Shown here in pieces: positions 43,116 to 61,879 of a DNA stretch of 64,000 bases (position 1 is its first letter; every line of letters starts with the position of its first letter). Under the pieces are notes generated by a model. That model made no database searches. It was not told the DNA's origin and worked only from the letters and a program-made list of their open reading frames with translations. The DNA is from the human T2T-CHM13v2.0 reference genome, Homo sapiens. A program made the position numbers and the translations under genes. The stretch lies in assembly GCF_009914755.1 (NCBI RefSeq), contig NC_060928.1, one strand, 5' to 3'.

Positions 43116-43661
43116 CCAGCCTGTTTGCTCCCTATTCCCCTTAGAAGAGCAGAGCCATATCCTCCCACAATGAACTGTTGATGTACTTCAAAACCCACAT
43201 GCAAGGCTGCTATAGAATTAAATGCAGCCATGTAGGGGAAGGGCCTAGTACAGTTTGGTGCATAGTAAACACACAATAAAAATGAGTTATGATTATTTCA
43301 TATTTAGAATTAATATTCTACACAAATCATACCAGGAGATTCTACTTATCCTTTTTTCTACTGGCAACTTTCAGCCCTCAAACTGTTGGCCATAAAACAA
43401 CAACCATAAAATCCAAAAACAAAACAAAAGAAAGAAAAGGAATGGGGATAAAATGAAACATTTTTCCTTGTTGGGCACATGGCTGGGCATGTTTGCCAGC
43501 CTTCCTCATTCTAAGGTGTGGTCCTAGGACCAAATGCCAGCTGATGAAATGTGAACAGAAGTGAGAAGCACAACCTCTAGGCCTGGCCTATATAAACTTC
43601 TCCTGTGCATTCCCCCAGGCTGTCTCCCCTTTGCCAGTTCAATGTCAATGAACAGACCATC

Positions 43662-44058
43662 TGATACGATTTGGCTCTGTGTCCTCACCCAAATCTCGTG
43701 TTGAATTTTTATTCTCAGTGTTGGAGGTGGGGCTTGGTGGGAGGTGATTTGATCATTGGGTGGTTTCTAATTATTTGGCACCATCCCCCTAGTGCTGTCT
43801 CATGATAGCATTCTTATAAGATCTGGTTGTTTGAAAGTGTGTAGCACCTACCCCTTGGCACTCTCTCTCTCCTACTGGTCATGTGAAGATGGTGCTTGCT
43901 TCCCCTTCACCTTCCACCATCAATGTAAGTTTCCTGAGGCCTCCCCAGGAGCAGAAGCCTGTATATCCCACAGAACCGTGAGCTAATTAAACCACTTTTT
44001 AAAATAAATTACCCAGTTTTAGGTATTTTTTATAGCAGTGTGAGTACAGACTAATACA
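43662..44058 (+). mobile_element. MSTA solo LTR nested in an MLT1 LTR (~43460-44255)
   Basis: tgatacgatttggctctgtgtcc...cagactaataca. Confidence 0.9.
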
Positions 44059-44365
44059 GCACCCTCAGGATCCCTGTTCTGAGAAAGATGGAACTCCTGT
44101 CTGTCTGTATTTGAGCAGAGTGCCTGCTCCATCCAACCCTATCTGACCTGAAATTGCCTTAGCTGTTCATGGAAATGTGAAATAAAAGCTGATGCTGTTA
44201 AGCAATCTATATATTAGAGTTTTGCAATAGCAGCTAGTGGCACCCTCATTAACACAAGGAACAAACATATGAGTGCAAAGCTCAGACAAGGACCCAGAGC
44301 AGGACTGACAGAAACAAAAAAGTGCATAATGAGGCTTCTCTAGAAGGAGCCCTTCTGTTTTAAGG

Positions 44366-47088
<2,723 letters not shown>

Positions 47089-48004
47089 TAAGGCCACTGA
47101 TCTTTCTCTGATAAAAATTTAATTTCAGTTTACATGAATTATTATATTCTACCAAAAATCTCTACCAAAAATTCCTTTAAAAGAATAGAAACTACCAGAA
47201 GTCAGAAGCCTGGCACTGCATGTCATCAGTTTGATAAGGTTTGGTGCCTGCATTAGCCTGTGCTCAGAGCACAACTGTAGGGTCAGACTGCCTGGGTCCC
47301 CTCCAGGCTCACCCCTCATAGCAGTGAACCTTAGGCAAGTGACTGCACTTTTCTGAGTTAATGTGTGCAAAGAGTTGAAAGCCATGTCACACACATAGCC
47401 AGCTCTCAATGCAGGCTGAAGAAATGAATAAAGTGTGAAGAGGAGAGAGATTGTTGGTCCTTCTCCTCTCCTCTCTTCAGAGAAGACTATCTCTAACTCT
47501 TCGTGGTTCCTTCTTTCTCAGAAGGAGGTTGGTGAACAGTGATTTGGAGGAACAGGGGACAAAGAAGGAAAGGGGCATGGACATGATCAGCCACATGCCT
47601 TATGCCCTTCTTCTCTGAGGTTCTCCCTCTGTGACAGTCCCCCAGATCTCTTGTGGCTCCCAAGGATTAGCACTGTACATAGAGACCATACTCTGGATCC
47701 AGGCTGCCTGGTTTGAATACTGACTCACCTGCCACAAAGCATCTAGGACAATGCCTGGCCTGTGATTCCTTCAGCACTAGTTAACACAGAGAGACATGGT
47801 GGACAAAGTCATTGCCTCCACTCCTCAGATGCCAAAATAGGTCTCACCCTGAAGAGGACCCTGCTCCATCCATTACTGTTTGAGTACCACTAATTCAGAA
47901 AAAAACAAATTTAATGGTTTATGACTCTCACGTATAGACTGGAAGAGACAGAAAATATTTACAATTGGTGGGGAACAGCCCCCTGCCCTTATCCTGTGAA
48001 GGTC

Positions 48005-48067
48005 ATGGATGCATGGATAGATGGATGGATGGAGGGATGGATGGATGGATGGATGGATGGATGGATG
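48005..48067. repeat. (ATGG)n microsatellite
   Basis: Direct inspection. Confidence 0.95.
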
Positions 48068-48320
48068 AAACCTTACACCAGGTTTCAACTGCATAACAGG
48101 GCCATGCCACCGTTGCTAACTTTCCCATCAGTTAAATGAAGAATTCCATTTATCCCACAATCACAAGAGAGGGAAGTAATGACTACAGGACATTAACGTA
48201 TATAAACCCAAGAGCTTCTATAAAATGCATGTAATAAGGCAGGACATATTTTCAGTTACACATTCCATCAATTTATGTCCCCTAAAACTTAACATCCCCA
48301 TACAATGAAATTCTAATATA

Positions 48321-48615
<295 letters not shown>

Positions 48616-49088
48616 GAAATTCTGATATAACATGGTTTGTGTATAAAGAAGGTGTTATAACTGCATAGCTGCTGGGGTTAACATGAAGCTCCCTGACCTT
48701 AGTGTCTTGGTGTCATGTCATAGCGTGGGTCAAGAGGAGCATTTAAGAAAAATGCATAGGCTGAGAGATGGAGACAGAAAGAGTCTTCAGGTCCACTTAC
48801 TATGTGCCAAGTGCTTAATGGGTGGCACCTCATTTAATCCTCACTAAATCTATGTTTTACAAATAGCCTTCAAGAAACCATCTGTTCCTGTGATAAAAGC
48901 ATGCCTTAGGAATTATAATAACCTGGACTTAAAACTGGACCTTGCCACTTTCCAGCTGTGTGATTTGGGAGAAGTTATACAGCCTCTCTGAGTCAATGAG
49001 GAGTAAATGAACTAACACATGTAAAGCACCTGGTTTGTAATAGGTGCCTTAGAAATATGATTTCTTTTCCTTTCTTACTTCTTTCTAT

Positions 49089-49297
49089 TAGTGGTTCTCA
49101 ACTTTGGCTGCACACTGGAGTCACTTGAGGATCTTTAAAACAAAAACAAAAACAACAACCAAAAAAACCCTCTTGCCTGAGTCCTTCCTCCAGGGATTTG
49201 GATTTAATTGGTCCAGGGTGTGGTCTGGCCATGGGCATGGGGATCTTTAAAAGCTCTTCTGGGTGAATCTAAAGTGCTGCCAAGGTCGAAAATCACT
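49089..49297. mobile_element. MER5A-like hAT element
   Basis: agtggttctcaactttggctgcacactggagtcac...gatttaattggtccagggtgtgg...gaaaatcact. Confidence 0.8.
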
Positions 49298-50881
49298 TGT
49301 CATCATTGAATCACCTGGTATCACATAGGGAGTTAGTGGGTGATGCAATAATAGAATTGTTAATCACATTGGGCAGAGTTATCAGAAATGGGAATTCTGG
49401 AAACTGCGGTTGCTCCCTTCTGCTATCAAGGGAAAGGGTAACCTTTCCCTTAATAATGAGATATATAATAATGGGTAACCTTTCCCTTAATAAAAAGTGC
49501 TACCTCAGCCAATTGTCCTCCAGGGGAGTGCCAGCGGTTTTATCTCGATAGGGGATACCATTTTGGGGAAACCTATTCTTTAGAATAAAGTAAATGGCTT
49601 AAAGAGCCCATAGGTGTAATTCTTCAAGGTAAATGCATGTTCCAGGAATCAAGATAATGGCCAGAGTTCTGCTGTCACAAGGGAGAGCTGAGGTTCTGGA
49701 CTGAGCACGTTCTTGCCTTGCCGTGTGATGCTTAAGGCAAGTTTCTTAAACTCACTGAGCTTCAATTTCCCAGTCTGTTAGGGACATAACCACTTTTTAA
49801 AAGAATGGTCCAAAAGCTTAAGCTTTTCAGGAAAAAGAAAAGCCATATGCATCTGCACTCATGTTTATACATAGAATTTTAGGAAGTTCATGGGCCATGG
49901 TACATTTTTCTTAAATAGATAAGCCCTGAATCCCTTCCAGCTTCATAAAAGTATTTTACTCCTATTTAAATATTGTTTACAGGTTCCATTATATGGGTGG
50001 GCTCTCCTGGAAGGTTGCTGAAGAAAGAGGGACTTCTGAGAGGCAGTGCAGTTGAGCAGGAAATAACGGTGCTACATCTCTGGACACGGTGAACATTTCA
50101 AGGACCTCGGGTCTAGGCAGTCCAGTTAAAGTATCTAACAAATCTCCTCATAAAAAACAATCAAGCCAAATAGTTAAAATCTGACCTCAATTCTCTTTTC
50201 TGGAATTAGTGTCATTAAAATGATTTTCAAAGTCTAATATTAGAAAATCTACATTTTGTTATCATGTTCAAAGTCACAGACCTCTGTGAACCAGCCAAGC
50301 AGGCTGGAAGGCAAAGTTGTACACTGAAATCCACTTCTTCCAGCAGCTCACTTTGTCATCTGAACCCAGGCAAGTTGTTTCACCTCTCAGTGCCCTTGCC
50401 TGTAAAATGCAGATAACAGAGCCAACCTCACAGGGCTGGTATGAGGAATAGCTAATGAAACGTGATAATGACATGCCCAATTTAAATGCAAAAGGCTGTA
50501 AAACAACAAAAAGCATATTTAAACATTTCCACTGCTAGGAGATGGTGGTGGGGGAGATAATAGGGCCTTGAGAAGAGAGCATTTATTTTTCTCTCTAGTG
50601 TACCCTTCAGTTAATCAATGAATATTTATTATTCTATGTGCCAGGCGCTGTGCTAGGCTATGGGAAACATAGAAGTCTTCGTTCTCATGAAATTTACAGT
50701 CAGCCATTCTAGGCATGACATGTAAAATCCAGCGGAAAATACGCTAAATCACAGCTCCCTCTCATTTCTATCTGTCTGTATATCAGACAGCGTGGGTAAC
50801 TTTGGGAAATGCAAACGTTTATGAGACACATCACTACCCTTTAAGAGTTTGAATCTCATCATAAACAGAAGACGTAGGTGA

Positions 50882-52260
<1,379 letters not shown>

Positions 52261-52677
52261 TTAACCATTTTTTTTCATTAATTTTAACTTTTCTTTAAGA
52301 TCCAGGGGGTACATGTGCAGTTTTGTTACTGGATATATTGTGTGATGCCGGAGTTTGGGTACAATTGACCCCATCACATGAGTACTCAGCATAGTACCCA
52401 ATAGTTAACTTGTCAACCTTGTCCGCCTCCTTCTCTCCCAACTCTAGTAATCCCCAGTTTCTCTTGTTGCTATTTTTATGTCCATGAGGACCCAGTGTTT
52501 AACCCTTGTAAGTGAGAACATGCAATATTTGGTTTTCCGTTTCTGCGTTACTTTATTTAGGATAATAGCCTCCAGCTGCATCCATGTTGCTGCAAAGGAC
52601 ATTATTTCATTCTTTTTATCATGGCTGCATAGTATTCCATAGTGTGAATTTTTGTTTTTGTTGAAATTGCTTTTGGG

Positions 52678-53012
52678 CAGAGTTCCCCAAGCCCTGGGCT
52701 GTGGACTGGTACTAGTCTGTGGCCTGTTAGGAACCTGGCCGCACAGTAGGAGGGGAGGTGCAAGAGAGGATTACCACCTGAGCTCCACCTCCTGTTAGAT
52801 CAGCAGTGGCATTAGGTTCTCATAGGAATGTGAGCCCTATTGTGAACTGCACATGAGAGGGATCTAGGTTGCCTGCTCCTTGTGAGAATCTAATGCCTGA
52901 TGATCTGAGTGGAACAGTTTTGTCCTGAAAGCACCCCCGGCCTGCCCCACCATCATGGAAAATTGTCTTCCACAAAACCGGTCCCTGATGTCAAAAAGGT
53001 TGGGGACCCCTG
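52678..53012. mobile_element. MER1B (hAT-Charlie)
   Basis: TIRs cagagttccccaa / ttggggacccctg; 8-bp TSD-like cttttggg / ctcttgag; gagggatctaggttgc core. Confidence 0.9.
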
Positions 53013-54282
53013 CTCTTGAGGACTTAGTCAAAAATACTTTCCCAAGGTCAATGTTCAGAATGGTATTTCCAAGGTTTTCTTCTAGGATTCTTATTGTTTG
53101 AGGTCTTACATTCAAATCTATTTCAAGTTAATTTTTATATATGATCAATGGCAGGGGTCTAGTTTCAGTCTTCTGCATATGGCTAGACAGCTATCTCAGC
53201 ACAATTTATTGAATAGGAAGTCCTTTCCCCATTGATTTTTTTTCGTCAACTTTGCCAAAGATCAGATGGCTATAGATCTGCAGCTTTATTTCTGGGCTCG
53301 CTATTCCGTTCCATTGGTCTGTATGTCTGTTTTTGTACCAGTACCATACTGTTTTGGTTACTGTAGTCTTATAGAATAGTTTGAAATTGGGTAATGTGAT
53401 ACCTCCAGCTTTGTTCTTTTTGCTTAGAATTGCTTTGGCTATTCGGGCCTTTGTTGTTGTTGTTGTTCCATATGAATTTCAGAATAGTTTTTTTCTAATT
53501 CTGTGAAAAATGACATTGGTAGCTTGAAAGGAATAGTGTTGATTCCGTAGATGGCTTTGGGCAGTATGACCATTCTAACAATATTGATTCTTCCAACTCA
53601 TGGGCATGGAATGTCTTCCATTTGTTTGCGTCATCTATGATTTCTTTTGGTAGTGGTTTGTAGTTCTCCTGGAAGGGATCTCTCACCTCCTTGGGTAGAT
53701 GTATTCCTAGGTATTTTATTTCATTGTGGCTATTGTAAATGGGATTGAATTCTTGATTGGGCTCTCAGCTTGAATATTATTGGCATGTTATCATTGGTCC
53801 AGGAGCTTTTTGGTGAAGACTTCAGGGTTTTCTAGGTATAGAATCATATCGTCCATGATGAGAAATCATTTGACTTCTTCTTTTCCTATTTGAATGCTTT
53901 TTATCTCTCTCTCTTCACTGACTACTCCGGCTAAGACTTACAGTGCTATGTTGAATAGGAGTGGTGAGAGTGGGCATTCTTGTCGTGTGCCAGTTCTCAA
54001 GGGGAATGCTTTCAGTTTTCCCATTCAGTGTGATGTTGACTGTGAGTTTGTCATCAATGGCTCTTATTTTGAGGTATGTTCCTCTTGTGCCTGGTTTCTT
54101 GATGTTTTCTTTTATCATGAAGGGATGTTGAATTTTTTCAGAAACTTTATCCACATCTACTGACATGATCATGTGGTTTTTGTTTTTAAAATTCTGTTTA
54201 TGTGGTGAATCACAGTTATTTGTGTTCGTTGAATCAACCTTGCATCTCAGGAATGCAGCCTACTTCATCATGGTGAATTAAC

Positions 54283-54567
54283 TTTTTGTTTTGAGACAGA
54301 GTCTTGCTCTGTCACCCAGGATGGAGTGCAGTGGCGTGATCTTGGCTCATTGCAAGCTCTGCCTCCTGGGTTCATGCCATTCTCCTGCCTCCCGAGTAGC
54401 AGGGACTACAGGCGCCCACCACCAAGCCCAGCTAATGTTTTGTATTTTTAGTAGAGATGGGGTTTCACCGTGTTAGCCAGGATGGTCTCTATCTCCTGAC
54501 CTCGTGATCCGCCCACCTTGGCCTCCCAAAGTGCTGGGATTACAGGCCTGAGCCACCGTTCCTGGCC
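54283..54567 (-). mobile_element. AluY inserted in L1
   Basis: Y diagnostics; TSD gtgaattaacttttt on both sides. Confidence 0.95.
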
Positions 54568-56259
54568 AGTGAATTAACTTTTTAATGTGCTGTTGGGTTT
54601 GGTTTGCTAGTATTTTGTTGAGGATTTTCACAACTAGGTTCATCAGGGATATTGGCCTGTAGTTTTCTTTTTTTCATTGTGTCTCTTCTAGGTTTTGGTA
54701 GCAGAATGACGCTGGCTTCATAGAATGAGTTAGGGAGGAGTCCCTCCTTGATTTATTGGAATAATTTCAGTAGAATTGCTACCAGCAGTTCTTTGTACGT
54801 CTGGAAGAATTCTACTGTGAGTCTCTCTCATCTGAGGCTTTTTTTGGTGGGTAAGTTTTTATTATTATTATTACAGATTCAGTTTTGGAACTTGATACAG
54901 GTCTGTTTAGGGTTTCAATTTCTTCTTGGTTCAATTTTGGGAGAGTGTGTTTCCAAGAATGTATCAATTTCCTCTAGATTTTCTAGTTTGCGTGCATAGA
55001 GATGTTCATAGTAGTCTCTGAAGATCTTTTGTATTTCTGTGTGGTCAATTGTATGTCACCTTTGTCATTTCTGATTGTGCTTATTTGGATCTTCTCTCTT
55101 TTTTTTTCTTTGTTAATCTAGCTAGCAGTCTGTCAATCTTGTTTATCCTTTCCAAGAAATAACTTTTGGTTTCATTGATTATTTTTATGACATTTTGGGT
55201 CTCAATGTTCTCTGGTTTTACTTCTTTCTTTCTTTCTGTTGGCTTTGGGGTAGTTTGTTCCTCCTTTCTAGTTCCAGGTGTGATGTTAGGTTGTTAATTT
55301 GAGATCTTTCTAACTTCTTGGTGTAGGCATTTAGCCCTATAAATTTTCCTCCTAACACTGCTTTTGCTGCATCCCAGAGATTTTGATATGTTGTGTTTCT
55401 TTTTTAATTTATTTCAATAATTTTTTATTTCTGCCTTAATTTTGTTGTTTACCCAGAAGTAACTCAGGAGCAAGTTGTTTAATTTCCATGTAATTGTGTG
55501 GTTTTTGAGAAATCTGGGTATTGATTTATATTTTTATTCTACTGTGGTTGGAGAGTATGCTTCGTATAATTTTGATTTTTTTTATTTATTGAGACTTGCT
55601 TTATGGTCAAGCATATGGTGGATCTTAGAGTATGTTCCACGTGCAGATGAGAAGAATATATATTCTGTGATTGATGGGTGGTGTATTCTGTAGATGTCTA
55701 TTATGCCCAATTAGTCAAGTGTCGAATTTAAGTCAAGTGTTGAATTTAAGTCCAGAATTTCTTTGTTAGTTTTCTGTGTTGATGATCTGTCTAATGCTTT
55801 CCATGGAGTGTTGAGGTCCTCCACTGTTATTGTGTCATTATCTAAGTCTTTTCGTAGGTCTAGAAGTACTTGTTTTATCAGTCTGGGTGCTTGAACATTG
55901 CGTGCGTACTTTTAATCATTTTAATCAGTGTGAAATAATTTCTCATTGTTGTTCTGATTGGCATATTCATGATGAATAATTACATTGAGCACTTTTTCAA
56001 ATGCTTCTGACAGTTTCTGTGTCTTATGAAGTATCCGTCCAAATCTTTTTTCTGTTTTTTAATGCAATGTTTTATCTTTTTAACTATGAAGTTATTGGAA
56101 TTCCTTATATATTTTAGATACAAATCTCCTGTTAAGTAAATGTTTTTCTCGTTCTGTGGTTTTCTTTTTCATTTTTTAATGGTGCTTTTGAGAAGTAGAA
56201 GTTTTTAGTTTTGATGAGATCCAATATGGCAATTTTATTTTCTTTTATGATCAGTTATC

Positions 56260-56738
56260 TGTATTAAGGTTCTCAAAACCAATAGCGTATTTATGTATTT
56301 GTGTGTGTGTGTGTGCATGCGCATATGTGTGTGTGTGTGTGTGTGTGTATACACATATATAGACAGCCAGAGAGGCAGAGATTTAATATAAGGGATTGGC
56401 TCATGTTATTAGTGGAGGTTGAGAAGTTCCAAGATTTGAAGCTGGAGACCAGGACAGTTGATGGCATTATGTTCTAGTCCAAGGGCAAAAGATGACCAGT
56501 CCCAACTCAAGCAGTTAAGTCAAAAAACTTCCCTCTTACTCAGTCTTTTTGTTTTATTCGGGTCTTCGATCGACTGCATGAAAGGCATCACAAGGAGTGG
56601 ACAGTATGCTCTACTCAGTCTACCCATTCAAATGTTAATCTAATCCAAAACACCCTCACAGACACACCAGAATAATGTTTGGCCAAATATCTGGGTACCC
56701 CATGGTCCAGTCAAGTTGACCCCAAATTAACCATCACA
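56260..56738 (-). mobile_element. MLT2C-like LTR containing a (TG)n tract
   Basis: ggattggctcatg...aacaccctcacagacacacc...gtcaagttgac...aaattaaccatcaca. Confidence 0.85.
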
Positions 56739-57019
56739 GTGCCTTTATTATCCTAAGAAACCTTTGCTTACTTCAAAATATTCTTTCTGTTTTATCGTGA
56801 AGACCATTTGTCTTCTAAAGTCATTTTTTGGAAAGACAATTCTTTCCTCATTGAGTTATATTGATGCCTTTGTCAAAAATCAATTGAGTATATGTGTGTG
56901 ATATCTATTTCTGGACTCTTTTGTGTTCCATTGATCTACTTGCCAAGCCTTACCTCAATACAACACTGTCTTGACTACTGTAGGTTAAAAGTAAATCTTT
57001 ATATTCATTGTCTATAGCA

Positions 57020-57582
57020 AATATATCTATTTGCTACGTAACAAATTATCCTCAAAAGTGCAATACAGCAAACACTTATCATTTCACACCATTCTTCAGG
57101 GTTGGGAATTTGAGAGCAGCCAAGCTGGGTAGTTCTCTCATAGGGTCTCATGAGGTTGCAGTGAAGCTATTGCCCAGAGTTGCGGTCATCTGAACGTTGG
57201 ACTGAAACTGGAGGGTGTGCTTTCAAGCCCTCCAATGTAGCTGTTGGGAGAGGACTCAATTCTTTGCCGGCTATTGTTCAGGGGCTTTAGTTCCTCATCA
57301 TATGGGCCTCTCCGCAGTCCACAGGGCTATTTATGACGGAGCATGTGGCTTTCCTCAGAACAAGTGGCCAGAAAGGGAGAATGAGAGAAAGAAAGAGACA
57401 CTAAGATGGATGTCACCATGTCTTTTATAACTTAATCTCAGAAGCAACATACCACCACTTCTGCCATATTCTGTTGTTCACACAGACCAACCCTGATGCA
57501 GTGTGGAAAGGCACTAAACAAGGATGTGAATATCAGGAAGTGGGGATCAGTCATTGGGGCCATCTTGTAGGCTGGCTACCAC
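57020..57582 (-). mobile_element. MLT1F-like LTR
   Basis: gtaacaaattatcctcaaaa...gggtctcatgaggttgcagt...ggggccatcttgtaggctggctaccaca. Confidence 0.82.
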
Positions 57583-57654
57583 AGTCTGGAAATCATGTAG
57601 TGTAAGACATCTGACTTGGCTTTTCTTTTTCAAGATAGTTTTGGCTGCCCTACA

Positions 57655-57985
<331 letters not shown>

Positions 57986-58469
57986 GCTTTGCATTTTCAT
58001 ATAAATCTTAGAATTAGCTTGTTAGTGTTTTTTTTAAAAGTCTTGCTGGAATTTTCACTGGGATGGCATGAAGTCTGTAATAAATTTGGGAAAAATTGAT
58101 ATCTATTTTGACAAATAGATGAACATGATGTGTCTCTTTATGTAGCTCTCCCTTAATTTCTTCCAGCAATGTTCTTTAGTTTTGAGTGTAGAGGTACTGT
58201 ACATTGTTCATTAATTTATTTCTAAGTATTTTATGTTTTCTAATGCAATTTTAATGATATTTTTAAAATATTACTTTCCAAATGTTTGTTGCTAATACAT
58301 ACAAAAATGAAATAGATATTTTAAATACTGGTTTTATACCCTCCAACTTTTCTAAATTTATTTACGAGTTCTAATAGTTATTTTATAGATTCCTAGGACT
58401 TAAGCAAGAAAACAAATTAAAGCCAGTCTTCTTCCTTTCCAACATTTATGCCTTTCATTTCTGACATAC

Positions 58470-58650
58470 ATTTTCTGTAAAGGTCCCTATAGTAAATATT
58501 GTAGGCTTTGAGGGCCTTACAGTGTCTGTTGCAACTACTCAGTTCTGCTGTTGTACCACAAAAGCAGCCACGTGTAAATGAATGGACATGACTGTGTTCC
58601 AATAAAATTTTATTTCCAAAGATGAGTGACCAGGCTGGATTTGTCCTATT
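58470..58650. mobile_element. MER58A fragment
   Basis: ttttctgtaaagg...atagtaaatatt...gcaactactcagttctgc...tgtgttccaataaaattttattt. Confidence 0.85.
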
Positions 58651-59619
58651 TCAAAGTTTAAATGTATTAAGGTCGTGAAAGTTAAGGAAAGACCTTGGAA
58701 TCGTTCCAAATGGAAGAAGACTAAAGAGACTTGACAACTAAATATAACATGTGATCCTGGGCTGAATTCTTTTGCTATAAAGGCCATTATTGAGACAACT
58801 GGCAAGCCCTGAGTGGGCCTGAGGATTAGACGGTAGTGACACATCAATGTTAATTTTCTGACTTTTAGGCTGTGTTGTGATTATGTAGGATCATGTAGTT
58901 GGCTCTTAGAAAATCACTCTCAGACACTGAAGATGAACATGATGAGGCATTGTGTTGACTGCTCACTCAAAACTCATTTAGGAAGAAAATTCATTGTTCT
59001 ATTCTTGCAAAACAAAAAAGTATTATTGGGCCATATACTGTAAAGAATAATTATAGATCCATGGCATACAAGTAGAATGAAGCTAGAAACCTGTGAGGAT
59101 GCCTAAGCCCTCTAATGTGAGATTTGGGTTCTGGTGGAGGGCTAGGGCTTGCCTGTGTTTCTCACCATATAATTTATATGTATTTTACCTTTACAGCCAC
59201 TCAGTAAAGTAAGATTGCTGTCCTTGCTATATATTACTAGATGTCCTGAACTTTTGAGGTGAATTATGAATAGTTCCAAATAAGGTCTAATAAATAGCTT
59301 CCTGAGTTGGTAGAAAATCGCTTTCATATATATCATTGTGTCCCACAATCCCTGAGAAGTTAAGAATTGTTAGCGTACTTTCACAGTTAGAAACACAGGG
59401 TTATTAAAGGCAGAGAAACTGCTGCATGGACCCAAACCAGGGCTCTGATGTAAGTCCTGGGCTCTTTCCATGAACCACAATACACCCAGTTTGGGCCTAG
59501 TGTGTGTAGCCTTGGATAAGTTCCCTAAAATGATAGAATCTCCAAGAATCAAAAGTGATCTTGAAAGTCATGTGGTCCAACTTTCAATCAGAGAACCCAC
59601 ACCCAGCCGAAGGGCACAG

Positions 59620-59741
59620 GTTTTAGAGACAGGTCTTGCTGTGTTGCCCAGACTGGTCTGAAACTCCTGGCCTCAAGCAGTCCTCTCGCCTCAGCCTCCC
59701 AAAGTGCTTGGATTACAGTTGTGAGCAACTGTGCCCAGCCC
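59620..59741 (-). mobile_element. FLAM/Alu left monomer
   Basis: agagacaggtcttgctgtgttgcccag...ctcccaaagtgct. Confidence 0.85.
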
Positions 59742-59938
59742 TACAATGAATTTTTTGAGGAACTTCCATTCTATTTTCCACAGTGGCTGCAACATTTTAC
59801 ATTCCCACCGGCAATGCACAAGGAAATTGGGAAGAAATTCCCAATTTCTTCACATCCTTGCCATTGTTTGTTATTCTCTTTTTAAAAAAATAATAGCCAT
59901 CCTAATGTGGGTCTCATTTTGACTTTTTAATGCCCACT

Positions 59939-60409
59939 ATTATAAGTTGAATTATGTTGCCTGCAAAAAGATAGTTCAAGATACACGGAAGTCCTAACCT
60001 GCAGTACCTTAGATTGTGGCCTGGATTGAAAATAGTGTTGCTGCAGATGTATTTAATTAAGATGAAGTCATACTCGAGTAGAGCAGGCCCCTAATCCAAC
60101 ATGACTACTGTCCTTACATGAAGATGGCATCTGAAGACCTCTGTCTACAGGGAGAACATCATGTTACGATAAGGGCAGAGATTGGAGTTATGCAGATGTA
60201 AGCCCACGAATGCCAAAGATTGCCGGCAAACTACCAGAAGCTAGCAAGAGGCAAGGAAGGATTCCCCTATAGGTTTCAGAAGGAGCGTAGCCCTGCTTGA
60301 TTTTTTTATTTGTAGCCTCCAGAAGTATAAGGCAATATATTTCTGTTTTTTGAAGCCGTCCAATTTGTAGCAGAGTATTTTATTATGGCAGCCCTGATAA
60401 ACTAATACA
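59939..60409 (+). mobile_element. MLT1C-like LTR
   Basis: gaagtcctaacc...attaagatgaagtcatact...ggcagccctgataaactaataca. Confidence 0.88.
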
Positions 60410-61414
60410 TCCACCTTACTTCTGAAGTCCAACTCTCATATCCTCTTCAGTTCCCGAAAAGACCTTTCCTGTTGATTCTCAGAAAGTCTGGTTCTCAGAC
60501 CTCTGTCCTTTCCCTTCCGCCTTCTTCCCCAACTTGTGCTCAACAAATTCATTCACTGAGTATATATTGAGGTCCTACTATATGCCAGGCACTATTCCAA
60601 GAGTTAGTGACATGGTAACATCTTTAAAGACTTTTTTTCTCTTTGTGATCATGAAAAGTTTTGGTTTCTTTTCTTACTATATCATCTAAATTTTTGATAC
60701 ATTTTAGAGAGTATCTCATATTTCTGCCATATTTCTACCCTCTTTTCAAAACTCTAAAAGATATCTTCCTCCGGTTTTAGCCTAGGTTTAGAACGTTCTC
60801 ACATAAAATGGCACTTTTAATTTTATAGTCACATTTCATCAGATGGAAATTACAGCATGTTAGAATTATGGAAATGGGATCTATTATAACTCACATCTTT
60901 TTCTCAAACATGATGTGCTATGAATTTGTGCATGCTTTGATTAGTATTCATGTGAACTGGGGTGTGAATGTTTTATAAAATAGACATTATTTCCCTTTTC
61001 ATCTCTCTTGCTAGCTACCAACTCAGGGGCAGGTAGTCCCTTGCTTCCAGGTTAAGCCTAAAGGACTGAAAGCTCACCGGCTGATTATCTGTCTCTTGGG
61101 TGAAACACAGCGAAGAAATCAAGCTTGGGAGATAGATGGGGGGTTGGGGACAAGGTATAGTAGGAATAGCTTGAGATGAACAGATCTGGGTGATCTGTTC
61201 TTCCTGCTGTTTCTCTTGCATGGTTTGAGTTCCTTCTGAAATCACAGAGAAATATTTGAGCAGAAAGATAAGATATCCCATCTGAGAATTGAACTTTCTA
61301 AGGAAACATTGAAAAGTTAAATTATTGAGAAGAAACTCTTTGGAATGATTTTGGGACTCATTAAGAACTCCACCTTAGACTGCAGGCCAAGTGGCTTTAT
61401 TAAGAAATAAGTGC

Positions 61415-61722
61415 AGCCATGCACAGTGGCTCACGCCTGTAATCCCAGCACTTTGGGAGGCTGAGGCAGATGGATCACGAGGTCAGGAGTTTAAGACCAG
61501 CCTGGCCAAGATGGTGAAACCCCATCTCTAATAAATATACAAAAATTAGCTGCGCATGGTGGCAGGCACCTGTAATCCCAGCTACTCGGGAGGCTGAGGC
61601 AGGAGAATCGCTTGAACCTGGGAGGTGGAGTTGCAGTGAGACGAGACCTCGCCACTGCACTCCAGCCTGGGTGACAGAGTGAGACTCTGTCTAAAAAAAA
61701 AAAGAAGAAAGAAAGAAAGAAA
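61415..61722 (+). mobile_element. AluSg-like
   Basis: ggatcacgaggtcaggag, ccaagatggtg; TSD aagaaataagtgca / aagaaagaagtgca. Confidence 0.95.
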
Positions 61723-61879
61723 GAAGTGCATCTAGAATCAACTTCAGCCAGAGCCCTTGTCAAAAGTTCTAACAGTACATGGTCAAATCAATAATTTAAT
61801 AATAACTATTTTCAATAAGTCAAGACAGTTCAAAGTTAAATATTCTGCAAACAATATCTAACTTTTAATAATATCTTTT

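Larger units (their letters stand above)
52267..55908 (-). mobile_element. L1PA16-like LINE-1, 5'-truncated within the ORF2 endonuclease region, with internal deletions and nested MER1B and AluY
   Basis: 3' end gatccagggggtacatgtgcag...; ORF2 antisense text throughout; TSD tacttttaaccatttt / tacttttaatcatttt. Confidence 0.92.
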
